Positions 1 through 13,228 of a DNA stretch of 30,440 nucleotides are shown here, one piece after another. A program made the position numbers and the translations under genes. This DNA comes from Octopus sinensis. Its lineage: Eukaryota. Below the pieces are notes generated by a model, which worked only from the letters and a program-made list of their open reading frames with translations, did not search any database and had not been told where the DNA came from. Each line of letters begins with the position of its first letter. The first letter of the stretch is position 1. The DNA lies in NCBI RefSeq assembly GCF_006345805.1, contig NW_021832525.1, positions 1 to 30,440 of the forward strand, given 5' to 3'.

Positions 1-896
1 GGAATAGTTCCTAATATGAACCAACGAGAAAGCCTCTACATATTTGGTCGAAATACTAGAAATAACAGCGAAGTCTTCCTGAAATTGTACTAATAGAAGA
101 ACACGTAACAAGGTATTGTCCAGGATGCATTTTGTTTGAAAGAAAATACACGATAGTTTTCATTTTGATTATTGGTTTACGGTATCAGAATTGAACCGAA
201 ACTTAATATCTTATGATATAAAAATGAAACCTGCGATTAACAATCAACATTTCAAAATCGATTATAACAACTTCATCATTAAGACAAACATTATGATTCG
301 CACCATTTTATCTACATTAGAAAAATGATAACAATAATAACGTTTAATAACCATGCCATCTGGAAGATAAAACCAGAGCTGAGAGATTTAGGAACGATAA
401 TGTTCTAAGGAAAATAGAAAGAATTAATAAGGAAACACGAAACATTCTTAGTAAAGCTTAAAAGCAGATATTCATAAGCTGTTCTAAATTTCTTCTAATG
501 TGTGAGTGTGTGTGTGTGTGTTTGTATGTTTGTGTGTGTGTTTGCGTGCGTGTGTGTGTGAGTGAATGTGTGTGTGTAGTATAATGCATTATACGGCATA
601 TATTATTATTTTGTATTATATATATATATATATTATATATATATTGCTTGTAAAAGAGTAATACACACAGAGACAGAAGTGCTTTGGGTAAATTGTCGCC
701 ATTTTATATTTTTAATTTCGCGCATGTGCATTATTTGTTTTTGATTTTGTCGACTACACAGTATTGTGGGGTTAGTTGGACACCGTCTTACAAAAACAGC
801 ACCATGATGCAATTCATTCTGACTGAAATTTGGAAACGACATGTTGTACTGCTTGGCATTCACGCCGGAAGCTCCGATACGAACATGTACTAATAC

Positions 897-1652
897 GAAC
901 ATGCACCGAGAGTGATAAAAATCAAACATCCAGTCAACATTATGACGTTTGGAGTGATCAATAGTGATGGCGACGTCATGCCTTCATTCATCTTCCCACA
1001 CGGCCTCAGACTCAACACAGAAGCAGCCTACATCAAGTGCTTGGAGGAGGTAGTGCTGCCCTGGGTGAAGAGGGTGGCTGCTGGAAGACCCTATGATTGG
1101 CAATAGCACTCTGTACCATGCCACAGAAGCAGGAGAACCCAGTCATGGCTATCAGATAATTTCTACAACCACATCACCCCTAACATCTGGCCACCTAACT
1201 CCCCAGACTGCAACTGCCTTTATTATGTGCAGGGCGCAGTTGAGTGAGATACCAACAAAATTCCTTGTAACACAAAAGATAACCTGAAGGCAAGGATTAT
1301 AGCAGCATTCACCAACTTAAGATGAACCAAATGCACGCTGACTAGAATAGTTGAATACGTCATTTAAAAAGAAAAAAAGAAGAAAATCGCTTATCGAACA
1401 ACATAACGTTAATAACGTATTAGAAAGCCATAAAAATTAAAATCTCCTCATCAGGTTTGCAGGAGATTCCGAAGCCTTCTGGGGCCCTTGTTTGACGCCA
1501 ATGGCGATTTTATTGAATTAATTTACTCTTTAGTATTTCAAGATATTTTTACGTAATTTTGGTAAATATATCTGTTAATATGAGATGTCAGTGTTATTTT
1601 TATTTTTGCGTAATTTAGACGACAGTTTTTTTTCACCGCATCCTATCCTGTA
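897..1652 (+). mobile_element. Degraded Tc1/mariner (maT/DD37D-like) transposase 3' half plus right end, interrupted by a foreign insert at about 1321-1452
   Basis: Broken translation gives KHPVNIMTFGVINSDGDVMPSFIFPHGLRLNTEAAYIKCLEEVVLPWVKRVAAGRPYDWQ*, then ..APCHRSRRTQSWLSDNFYNHITPNIWPPNSPDCN.., then after the insert CRRFRSLLGPLFDANGDFIE*. The WPPNSPD motif and the downstream layout match maT-type transposases. It has stops and frameshifts and ends in TA at 1651-1652. Confidence 0.85.
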
Positions 1653-1653
1653 T

Positions 1654-1755
<102 letters not shown>

Positions 1756-2544
1756 TTTAATTTGTTCGTACAAGCAAACGTGTATTTCATAATCGTAATA
1801 ATAATCAACATCGTTTTAACATCCACTTTTCTATACTTACAGGATTCGAACAAAGTTTATTGATGCAGACTTTCTGTTATTAACCCCCATTTGTTTTCAA
1901 ACAAGGTAATATTTCTACATGGTCAGATATATTTTCGCAGAATATAGAAAATGAACGGCAGGAACAGTACTTTTGCTGATTTGCATCAAACTTGGTTAAG
2001 CTATTTGCAATTCGGTCTTGCAAGTCGTTCTTGTCGGGTTGTCAAGGACAGGTTTGCTGTGTTCGTACCTGACAACGCGAAAAATACAGAAAGGCATGGG
2101 TGTTTTGTTTTGTTTTGTTTTTTTTTTTGTTTTTTTGCTTTTTGGTTTTTTTACAAATGTTTTGGAGAAGAATTTTCTTCCTAGACTATTTCTGCAGTGA
2201 AAGGACTTCTCGCGTTCAAGTGTACGCGAACGATTCAGATATTTCTTTATACCAGCATATTCTGTTCAATGCTGCTTACTGCAGCTTTATTTTATTGTCG
2301 CTTGATCAAGCTTTATGCATCTCATTAGACATACGAATCGCTTTTCTGGAGTTGTGAAGGTCATGTTTGGTGTTCAGAGCTGACGGCATAAAAGAACACA
2401 AGAACACATGCATTCTGCGATCCATTGGCAACATTCTCAGCCTAATATGTTTCTCGAGACAATATCAGCAGCGATATACCTACTTAGGTCTGAGTGTACT
2501 CAAACATGTAAAGTATGACTTCATACGAATGTGTTCTTGTGGAT

Positions 2545-2558
2545 GTGTGCGTGTGTTT

Positions 2559-2605
<47 letters not shown>

Positions 2606-2965
2606 GGATCCGCCGGCGTTCTTGACAATCAGCTTTCAGTTGTACGATCAACATATATATGTATGTGCATTTATGTTACTATACATATGTATGATGCATA
2701 CATACATACGTACATATATACATACATATATACATACATACATATATAGATACGTAGATAGTTACATATATACATATATTCAGAGACAGAAAGAGATATA
2801 TATACTATACATACATACATACATACATACATACATACATACATACATACATACATACATGCATACATACATACATACATACATACATCCATACATACAT
2901 ACATACATACATACATACATACATACATACATACATACATACATACATAGACACATATATACATT
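2545..2965. repeat. Compound microsatellite: (TG)n followed by long (TACA)n
   Basis: Directly visible. It explains ORFs 2367..3029, 2531..2749, 2671..2964, 2780..2980 and 2805..3152. Confidence 0.95.
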
Positions 2966-3684
2966 TATGCATACATTCATTGACTTCGTATACTATGCTT
3001 GCCAAATGTTCTTTCGTAGCAAGATTTAAAAACAAAAACGGAAACAAATAAACCAACAAACAACACGAAGGAAAACTATAATCAAATATAGCAAAACATC
3101 TTTCTTGTATCAATTCTTGTATACGTGTTCGGTTATATGTAACGTATTCCAATATCTCTATGTTATATATTGGAGGGAAAATCTAAAGTGTTAATCTTAA
3201 CTATTGACTCATATTTTTGAAATCATTGATATATGATTTTTGAACTTTGTAAATAAACAAGGTTGTGTCTTTAATAAGGTGGCAGCACATATATTTAATC
3301 TTGGCATTGGTTGTTTGTTGTGTTGCTGTAGTAGAGATGTTAGTGGTGGTAGAGACGGCGGCGGCGGCAGAGGTTGTGGAGATAATGTTGGTTGTGGTGG
3401 TGTTGGTGGTTGTGGTGGTGGTGGTGGGGTGGGGTGGATGCTGAAACACGAGTAAGAGAGAGAGAGGGTGCAGAGAGAAAATGGTGGGGTCAGCACGTGG
3501 ATGGAGGGAGGGATAGAATGAAGAACGAAGGAAAAGGCGAACTGTGATAGAAAGTGGTAAGAGCGAGAGATAGAGAGTGTGAGGCAGAGTGGGTAAAGCA
3601 GAGGGAGAAAGGGAGAGGAACAAAGTGAATAAGACTCTCAAAGTGAGAAAGAGAGAGAGACACTGAGGGAAAGAATTAAATATT

Positions 3685-3765
3685 ATTTACATATATATAT
3701 GTGTGCGTGTGTGTACATAAATATATATATATATACATACATACGTACGTGAGTGCATGTATATT

Positions 3766-3801
<36 letters not shown>

Positions 3802-4169
3802 TACACACACGCACACACACACACATATATGTATATATATTACGTGTATTACATATCTGCGTATGCGTGTAAAATGTATGTATGTATGCATGCATGGATG
3901 TATATGTGTATGGATTGACTCCATTTTATTATCTCCCTTCTTTTAGTTTCTAGTTCTCTCCATGATCTACTTCCCTGTCTTCTCTCCATGGAATTCTTCT
4001 CTCTCTCTCCCTCTCTATTTCTCTCCCTTTCTCTCTCTCTCTTTCTCTCACACTCACTTGCTTGCTCGCTCATTTTCTTCTCTTGCTCGCACACGCACAC
4101 ACACACACACACATATAAATATATATATAGACACACATATATATTTGTATGTACCTGTCTGTATTTACG

Positions 4170-4227
<58 letters not shown>

Positions 4228-4400
4228 TGTGTGTATATATATGTGTATATATATGTATATATATATATATGTATATATATGTATATACATATATGTATAT
4301 ATAAATATATATATGTTTAATTATGTGTATTTATGTATGTATAAGTGTATATGCATATGCATGTGTATATATACATACATATATTATATACATAACGCAC

Positions 4401-4472
<72 letters not shown>

Positions 4473-4494
4473 TATATATAATATATTATATATA

Positions 4495-4537
<43 letters not shown>

Positions 4538-5124
4538 ATATATATGGATAGGTAATTTTAAAGAGGAAAGATAGGAAAAGAAGAAAACCAAGCTGGACAT
4601 TATTATTGGCTATGAGATAATGAAGATGGATGAGGCTGTTTGTTTACAACCGAGACTAAAGATAGATACACCACAACCACACTGAATAAAAATGTTTCAG
4701 AGTTTACTAATTCTAAATAACTCTACGCCTATTACATATGTATTATATACTCTGTGTGTATTTATATATGTATATATACTGTATATATGCATCAATACGT
4801 GCTTATATATAAATATGATTTATATATATAAATATATATATATATATATGTGTGTGTGTCTATGTATACATGTATATATATAATTGTATATAATATGTGT
4901 GTGTGTACGCATATATGTATTTATATACATACGAATATGCATTGCATATATATAGCATATAGAATATATGTTTATAAATGTATACGCAAATGCATAGTCA
5001 TGCAGAAAGTCACTAAGGTTCAATCATGTCCTGATGGTTGTTGTAGAAACACACACACGACGCGCTCGCGCCCGCGCATATGTGCGTGTGTATGTATATA
5101 TGTATATGTATGTATGTATGTATG

Positions 5125-5169
<45 letters not shown>

Positions 5170-5172
5170 TTT

Positions 5173-5213
<41 letters not shown>

Positions 5214-6060
5214 TATATATATATTGTTGTATTTCAGAATGGTCATTTTGCCAGTTTAGCCAATAAATATATATATATATGTATTGTTTATATGTGTGAG
5301 TATAACATATATATATAAAACACATAAGGAATCTACACGTTAGGCCACTGGAAATGAAAATTTTAATTATCTTCCATTTCCCTTTGATATGAGTATATAT
5401 GTGTGTGTGTGTGTGGTGTGTGTGTGTGTGTGTGTGTGTGTAAGCAATAAAAAAAAACAGAGAAAAAAAACGAGAAACAACAACGCGAGAACGTAGTACA
5501 AAGTATTAATGAGACGCTCAGAGAAGGAAAGAAAGAGTGGTTGCTTTATGTTTCGTGCAAAGCTCTTCTTCGGAAACAAGAGACATAGGAAAGGCCAAAA
5601 GAAAAGAGAGAAGGAGGGAAAAATTGCCAACAGTCCAAATGTAGTAATATATATATCTACATATGGAAATATATGCATATTATATAAATATACATATACA
5701 AATATACATTCGTAAGTATATGTATACATATATATGTATGTACATATACATATATAACATGCATATTTGTGTATGTGTGTACATGCATGTATATGTATAT
5801 ATAGGTATATTCGTATACATGCATATACACGTACATACGTGCAAACATATATTTCCATATAAATGTATCTGTATGAATATGCATGTGTAAATGTGTGTGT
5901 GCGTGAGCATTAATGTACATAAGTGTGAATATATGTACGCACAAGTATGAATATTTATATATGTAATATAGATATGTATATGTATGTGTATGTTTTCATG
6001 CATGTATCTATCTATTTATCTGTATGTAAGTGCAAGTATGTATGGATGTATATTTGTATA
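3685..6060. repeat. Extended field of degenerate (TA)n/(CA)n/(TG)n/(CT)n simple repeats
   Basis: Directly visible. The IYIY/THTH/CVCV ORFs in the track come from it. Confidence 0.9.
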
Positions 6061-6642
6061 TATTTGATTTCATTGTTCACAACAAAATGGTTGATGAGGC
6101 TCTGTTAGATTGAAATAACATTTTTTTGATTATCCGGCCCCAAACAGCGCGGTCTATGTGGGGGGGGGGGGTTTAACGCCAAAATTACTATAATGTAAGT
6201 CCAAATGTATATATTCTTGTTGAGAATTATCACACTGTTATTTATATATTGTGATTTATCTCGTGTGTCTATCGTACAATTATTGACAAACGTATACATC
6301 AGAGTGAATTAACATTCGGTCCTATCTGATGAAATCAAAATGCCCGAGATTTGGCTGCACCAAATATCTAATCTTTTGCGGGCCAAGCTCATGCAAAATC
6401 TCCAGGGATTTGAACCCAGACTTTGTTCTCGTGCAAGTTGTTCTATGTATGTGTATGTGCGTGAACGTGTAAATAAATGTATATGTGTGAATGTATGTAT
6501 ATGAATATATATATATTCAAATATATATATATATTTATATATACATATACACATATATATATATATATTATAATATATATATATATATATATGAATCTAT
6601 GTATATATTATGTGTGTGTGGGTGGTGAGAGAGAGAGAGAGA

Positions 6643-6800
6643 GAATCCGCAAAAAGAAAAGACGAAGACAGGTGGTGTAGACAACAAACAGATGTATTAG
6701 TCTAACGCTCGGGAAATGAAAGAGTCTTTAATGTTTCGAGCCTACGCTCTTCCACAGAAAGGAACACAGAAAGAAACGAGGAGAGAAAATATTGTGTATG
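6643..6800 (-). repeat. Short interspersed repeat, probably the end of a Penelope-like element, with a hammerhead-like motif (copy 1 of 2)
   Basis: Similar to 7385-7570 (shared GACGAAGACAGGTGGTGTAGA..AACAAACAGATGTATTAGT..TTTCGAGCCTA.GCTCTT..ACAGAAA). The minus strand reads CTGTGGA-A-GAGC-GTAG-GCTC-GAAA-CAT. Confidence 0.6.
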
Positions 6801-7384
6801 TACATATATATATATATATATATATATACAAAGCAGTGGGAATGAATTTGAGTGACCATTAACCAAATAAATAATCATAATTTGCCTTAAGATATGGATG
6901 AATTGAATTTAACTCTATTCTCCCCATTATTATAAACACTAAGTAGCTATTTAATTCGCTGTCTGAGCGTATGAGCGAGTGTACATGCGCTATACAACCT
7001 AAGCGAGGGTATTTATACATGCATATCTGTTAACGGTTATATTTAATGCTTTTTTCGCTTTACTGTGTATTCGTTTCTTTATGCATCTGTTATTATGGAT
7101 CTTCTATAAAAATGATGCTGTATCCCTTAACTTACTGCTTTTCTATATACAAACCGAGAAGATCTTTTGTGGAACAATCGTTATTTTAACGAGATATACC
7201 TTGTAATCACCTGAAGAGACACATCTATACCGACAGATACTTCTAAACCAGTTGTTAAGTATCTCAGCCGTGGGGGATCGATGCTAGCTGGGTCAAAACA
7301 ATAAAGATACTCATATCTTTCATCTTCCGTCTCTCTAATTAATTAAATGTATGTATATATATATATATATATATGGGGGGAGAG

Positions 7385-7570
7385 TTCACGAAAAAGCAAA
7401 AGACGAAGACAGGTGGTGTAGAAAACAAACAGATGTATTAGTATAATGCTCAGGAATTGAAAAAGTCTTTTACGTTTCGAGCCTATGCTCTTCTACAGAA
7501 AAGGACACAGAAAAAAGCAAGGAGAGAAACAAGGAGAGAAAAACAATGTGTAGTGGCTACCGATCTACCA
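7385..7570 (-). repeat. Second copy of the same short repeat, with a hammerhead-like motif
   Basis: The minus strand reads CTGTAGA-A-GAGC-ATAG-GCTC-GAAA-CGT. It aligns by eye with 6643-6800. Confidence 0.6.
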
Positions 7571-7660
7571 TATATATATATTTACGTGTGTGTGTATGTA
7601 CACACACACACACATGCATTTATATGCATACATTCATATAATGTATGTATATGTGAATGA

Positions 7661-8037
7661 ATAGGCGTGGCTGTGTGGTAAGAAGCTTACTTCCCAACAA
7701 CATGGTCCGGGGTCATTCGTATTACGTGGCATCTTGGGAAAATGCCTTTTACTATAGCCTCGGGCCGCCCAAAGCTTTTTGAGTGGATTTGGTAGACTGA
7801 AACTGAAAGAAGCTCACCATATATATGTGTGAGCGTGTGGTGTGTGTTTTTGTGCTTGTCCCACACCATCGCTTGACAACTGATGTTGGTGTATTTACGT
7901 CCCCGTAAAGCAGCGGTTCGGCAAAAGGGATCGATAGAATAAGCTCCAGGCTTAAAGAATTAACTACTGGAGTTAATTCATTCGTGCAAAATTCTTCATG
8001 GTGGTGTCCCACTATGGCCGCAGTCTAATGACCAAAA
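7661..8037 (+). mobile_element. tRNA-derived SINE, family A, diverged copy
   Basis: Head GGCGTGGCTGTGTGGTAAGAAGCTT.., body GAGTGGATTTGGTAGACTGAAACTGAAAGAAGC, an internal (TG) tract and a tail GCAGTCTAATGAC. Homologous to 10739-11210, 26110-26505 and 29625-30038. Confidence 0.85.
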
Positions 8038-8623
8038 CCCCACTTACGCCCACTCTTGTAGCATCACCAATGCTATCACTACCAACATTACAACTCCACA
8101 TGGTTCTAAATCTAAAACTTAAGGTTTCAGCCCTTACAATCGTAACTTCATTAACTTAATACTCTATGTTATATGTCATCCAGTTGTTTTTGATGCATTG
8201 TTTATATTCACGCTAACTTCTACCGATGTCCATCATAGAACCAGCAGCGTCGGTAAAGGACTAAATTCCTTCTAAACCGCCTTCTCAAATATTGATGCTC
8301 ACACACACATACGCATCCAATTCATATGACACATTCACAGACATACACGCATATGCAAATACATACACATATGCACATGCTACTGGGCTCTCCAATTCAC
8401 ACACGCACATACATTACTAAGCCCTCCAGTTCGCACACCACACTCACACACACACACACACATACCGATGCTGCCTAACCGTTCCTGTTGTACATGATCG
8501 AAAATTACACCCTCCACCCACCTTCATTCTCATCGACTTAGAAACAACTTTTAACCAACTTATCAGCTTCCGGGTTCCATCACCACTAATACTACTTCCG
8601 GATATATTTCAGCAACATACAGA

Positions 8624-8626
<3 letters not shown>

Positions 8627-8686
<60 letters not shown>
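8627..8686. repeat. (CT)n microsatellite
   Basis: About 30 perfect units. Confidence 0.97.
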
Positions 8687-8688
<2 letters not shown>

Positions 8689-8931
8689 TTCATTCTCTCG
8701 CTTTCTTGTTCAATTACTGTGGTATATTACTTCCAAAGCAAACCCACACCACTATCATCCGTACTTCGCCATTTACACTGAGATGGCTTAAATTGCTCCA
8801 AATAGCGATACATTGAATTTCAATGTGAAAACGCCTTTCCATAGCCTTCTATTACTATTTCCGAATTTATTTCAGAACGAAGAGAAAAAACATTCTAATA
8901 TAGAGTTATCTAACTCATTTGCTCCTCGTGT

Positions 8932-8992
<61 letters not shown>

Positions 8993-9067
8993 CAATTTTA
9001 TATATATATACATAATAAATTTTGTATGTTATATTATGCATACGTCTGCCGTTCACCTTGTCAGTTC

Positions 9068-9230
9068 TAATCGTAAAAGAGGCAGACCACCCACTTCTAG
9101 GCTGAAAGACATCGCAGCCACAGGATTGTCTTTATTCTCAGCTGTCCATGGGGTAGAGGACAGGAGGTGGCAATACATCGTGATGACCACAGCATCGCAT
9201 AGTGCGACACTTGACTAGGATGATGATTAT
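9068..9230 (+). mobile_element. 3' terminus of an RTE-clade LINE
   Basis: Translates as RKRGRPPTSRLKDIAATGLSLFSAVHGVEDRRWQYIV..*, resembling the RTE ORF2 C-terminus (RxRGRPxxRWxD..EDRxxW). A (GAT)n tail follows. Confidence 0.7.
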
Positions 9231-9248
9231 TATACATACATACATATA

Positions 9249-9302
<54 letters not shown>

Positions 9303-9978
9303 GTGTGATATATATACATATATATATATATGTATGAATGCATGTATGTATGTATGTATAATATACATATAAAATTTATTATGTGGTAATGCGTCAACAA
9401 GTAGAAAAACACTCGATCAACTAAGAGAGTAAAGATAATCTTAAATTTAAAAAGCACAAATCTTTCAAATAGCTACACAGGATTTCCTGATCGAAATAAT
9501 AATTTATTCCGCCATTTATCAAGCTGAAAGCGAGACCGTTTAAACAAGGGACGCTTGTTAAAAAGAGGACAAAGAGAAAATGCGCAAGGGACATAACCAA
9601 CGTTACAATAATTCGATGTCAAGCAGACGTAAACCAGATGTCAATGGTTTACTGAGTGTCCAGTGGTCTGCTTTTAAATTCTGACAAGATGTATTTTTTG
9701 AAATGTGGACATAAAGGAAAAAAATTCGTTCCTCCAATTTATGTATTCCCAAGTGTTTGAGAATACATAAATTGTATGGAAGTTAGAAAACATGTCTGGC
9801 ATTACATCACATTTTTATAAATTTTTACTAACATTTGATAAGATGAGATACATTGAAACCTATATTTTCTTTATATAATTTTTTATTAAATTCCTCTTTT
9901 ATATATAAAAATTTGATTTGTATAGATCTCTATTTTTTTCAACTATACACACACACACACATATATATTTTTTTCAAC

Positions 9979-10021
<43 letters not shown>

Positions 10022-10099
10022 GGTGTTAACATTAACAATACTCAGAAACAGGCTCAAATTGCTCAAATTGAGCTAAGTCCCAATTTATAATTTTGATGT

Positions 10100-10678
10100 A
10101 GGCAATACAAACGGAAAACTAGAGGACATGACCAATTATCCAATAGAATATTCAATATATATGTGCGTCTCCGAAACGGCCCGTCGATGAAACTTTTGGA
10201 TCCAATGAACATTATCTTCGTATATTAGTATGTCCTTTTAATGTTTTATGATTTCAAACTTTCCACTGGACTCCGTGCTGTAACTTGTAAATTTTTATTC
10301 CCTTGTATCTTATCGTGTGAATTAATAATTCATTATGCCTTATTTCATATTGATATTTTCTAGTTTGCCTGCGTATTTATATATATCTATGAGTATCTTT
10401 AAATATTTTTACATACCTATCAGCTTTTATCTTATATGATATCGACGTTTTTATATCTATTTATGTATTTTTATAAGTTTTTAAAATGCCTACGTATTTT
10501 TAAATATTTGCGTGTTTTTAAATATTAAATAATTATATGTTTATATGCTTGTATGTTTTTAATACTAATATTATTGCGAACTTTATATTTATTGATTTAT
10601 TAATGTCGAAGAAAGTACACACATATATATTGAATATTCAATTGGTCATGTTCCTCTAGTTTTCCGAACGCATTGCCT
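10100..10678. mobile_element. AT-rich segment bounded by about 60-bp imperfect inverted repeats (MITE-like)
   Basis: 10100-10165 (AGGCAAT..CGGAAAACTAGAGGACATGACCAATT..GAATATTCAATATATATGTG) is the reverse complement of 10619-10678 apart from small indels. No ORF inside and no clear target-site duplication. Confidence 0.6.
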
Positions 10679-10683
10679 CCATT

Positions 10684-10737
<54 letters not shown>

Positions 10738-10738
10738 T

Positions 10739-10951
10739 TACTCTTTTACTTGTTTCAGTCATTTGACTGTGGCCATGCTGGGGCACCACCTTTAGTCGAG
10801 CAAGTCGACCCCAGGACTTATTCTTTGTAAGCCTAGTACTTATTCTATCGGTGTTTTTTTTGCCAAACCGCTAAGTTACGGAGACATAAACACACCACCA
10901 TCGGTTGTCGAGCGATGTTGGGGGGACAAACACAAACACATAAACACACAC

Positions 10952-11006
<55 letters not shown>

Positions 11007-11024
11007 TATATATATATAGATATA

Positions 11025-11069
<45 letters not shown>

Positions 11070-11210
11070 TACGACGAGCTTCTTTCAGTTTCCGTCGGCC
11101 CGAAGCTATAGTAGAAGACACTTGCCCAAGGTGTCACGCAGTGGAACTGAACCCCGGAACCATGTGGTTGGTAAGCAAGCTACTTACCACACAGCCACTC
11201 CTGCGCCTAT
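10739..11210 (-). mobile_element. tRNA-derived SINE, family A, near full length with an internal deletion
   Basis: Reverse complement starts ATAGGCGCAGGAGTGGCTGTGTGGTAAGTAGCTTGCTTACCAACCACATGGTTCCGGG.. (A-box and B-box-like) and ends ..GACTGAAACAAGTAAAAGAGTA. It lacks the CAAAGCC..GATTTGGTA segment present in other copies. Confidence 0.92.
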
Positions 11211-11227
11211 ATAATGTTATATTATTT

Positions 11228-11500
11228 CGCACCTAAGGCAAGTGTCTTCCACTATAACCTCGAGTCGACCAAAGCCTTGTGAGTGAATTTGGTAGATGGA
11301 AACTGGAAGAAGCCCGTCATATATGTGTGTCCGTGGGGGGAGCTCTGCTTCTGTGTCTCTTTTTGTCTGCGTTTGTCCCTCTCCCAACCGCTAGAAAACT
11401 GATGTTGGCGTGTTTTCGTCACCGTAACTTAGCGGTTCGGCAAAATAGATCTATGTACCAGGCTTCAAAAAATAAGTTGTGAGATCGATTCGATCGACTA
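11228..11500 (+). mobile_element. 5'-truncated SINE family A copy, head-to-head with the previous one
   Basis: GGCAAGTGTCTTCCACTATAACCTCGAGTCGACCAAAGCCTTGTGAGTGAATTTGGTAGATGGAAAC.. matches the family body. Confidence 0.85.
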
Positions 11501-11595
11501 AGACGAAAAAACGGAGAATGTTACACAAATACAAATAACAGGACATAACAACAGGTGTCTTTCGACTAAGGACGAATTAAATTACACACACACAT

Positions 11596-11629
<34 letters not shown>

Positions 11630-12997
11630 GGGAGACGGATGATTTTGAACCTTCAATAGTCCATGGAATGATTAGATAAATAGGAATATGAAATATGCAT
11701 GGTTAAGTCGTTATGAAGTTTTCTTCAACTCCATGAGATTCCAAGTTCGATTTCACAGCGTGGTAATTTGAACAAGTGCGTTTATCATAGCCTCATGTTG
11801 ACCCAAGTATTGTGAGATAATTTGGTAGAAGGGATCTGTGTAGAAGTCCATCGGATGGACTGTACCGGTAATCCAAAAATCCATCTTGTCACACCATCAA
11901 ATTGATTCTACTTGAGAATTACATCAAGGCTACATATATCTGTAGAATACTGAACCACATTGCACGCTAATTCAGTGAGTAATGTCCAATTGATCAAGCA
12001 ACCGGACATTGATTTGTCTAAAGCAACGAATGAATCCATCAGTTAAATCCGACAAAAAAAACTATCTGCAAATCAAAAAACCGGTTGTGCCATTTTAACT
12101 TTTTTATGGAATGAGTATTATGTATTAAATGGTTGAGAAATAATTGTGTGATACGATTGTTATTAACTTAAGTTCGTTACTTCAGAGGCAATGTTCACGT
12201 AATTAAATCTGTTCCTTAAAACATTTTTTAATACATTCATGTACTTGGTAGTCTCTTCAGAAGATCTACGTTCATATGATTAAAAGAAATCATTGTATCC
12301 AAATTAACGTGAATGTATTGTTAGAACACTGAACACTGAATTATTAACCTTGAGAGATTCCTTCATATAAGCGCATGGTGCATAAAAGGATACGCATAGA
12401 TCGTAGCAAACGATAATCGTCTGTTATGGGCGCCGGAATTCCCGTTTCACGTGATTTCATTTTACTGGAAATCATGAGTGTGTAGCGTCTGGTCACTGCA
12501 TGCCAGTAATATCTCACTGTTATGATATATAGAATATCAGCATTTTATTTTTCAGACACTAATGTCGCAAATAACCGGCAGGCTTATTAAAAATTAATTA
12601 TTAAAGACGGAAGCAGTATTAATACCAACAGATAATCTTCATACCCAACTTAACAAGACATCTATGTTTTGTTGGATATAAAGATTACATTTTGGTATTG
12701 ATATTGCTTCTTTCGCGAGTAATTAATTTTTAATAAGCCTACTGGCTATTTATGACATCAGTGTCAGAGGTGAATTATTCAAACCCCAATGGATTACTCT
12801 CAACACATGACTATGATACTCCCCCGCTACTTCTCCTCATGATCAGAGATGCACATATCGTCAGTCACTAAAGGAGATGTTCAACTGGTTATGGTCAAGC
12901 AACTGACAATCTAATCTGTGATATTGAACAGAATATTTGCTGTAGCCCATTTTTTATGCCAAGACAAAACAATGTACATGGTAACGCTATTATTATT

Positions 12998-13213
12998 AAG
13001 GCGGCGAGCTGATAGAATCGTTAGCACGCCCGGCGAAATTCTTAGCAGTATTTCGTCTGTCTTTACGTTTTGAATTCAAATTCCGCCGAGGTCGACTTTG
13101 ACTCAATTCTTTCGGGGTCGATAAATTAAGTCCCAGTCGCGCACTGGGGTTTGATCTAATCAACTGGCCCCCTCCCCCAAAAAATTTTGGACCTTGTGCC
13201 TAGAGTAGAAAAG
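12998..13213 (+). mobile_element. tRNA-related SINE, family B
   Basis: AAGGCGGCGAGCTGATAGAATCGTTAGCACGCC..TTCAAATTCCGCCGAGGTCGACTTTG..CTTTCGGGGTCGATAAATTAAGT. Homologous copies lie at 13229-13395, about 16105-16262 and 18815-18985 (minus). Confidence 0.8.
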
Positions 13214-13228
13214 ATTATTATTAATATT

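Noticed and set aside
1843-1905. Plus-strand 63-nt exon-like segment with good AG and GT sites
   Set aside because: The peptide (IRTKFIDADFLLLTPICFQT) has no recognisable homology and there are no partner exons. Cannot be supported without RNA data.
2367-6003. Many long ORFs rich in IY/TH/CV/MY dipeptides (also around 22061-23361 and 27056-28245)
   Set aside because: They are translations of (TA)n, (CA)n, (TACA)n and (ATAG)n microsatellites, which lack stops in some frames.
6326-6360. CTGATGA-AATC..GATT as a hammerhead
   Set aside because: The possible stem II is followed by TGGC, not GAAA.
7211-7260. CTGAAGA..TTC-TAAA as a degenerate hammerhead
   Set aside because: Stem II is irregular, the second core is TAAA and no clear stem III or I is present. 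Too weak to claim.
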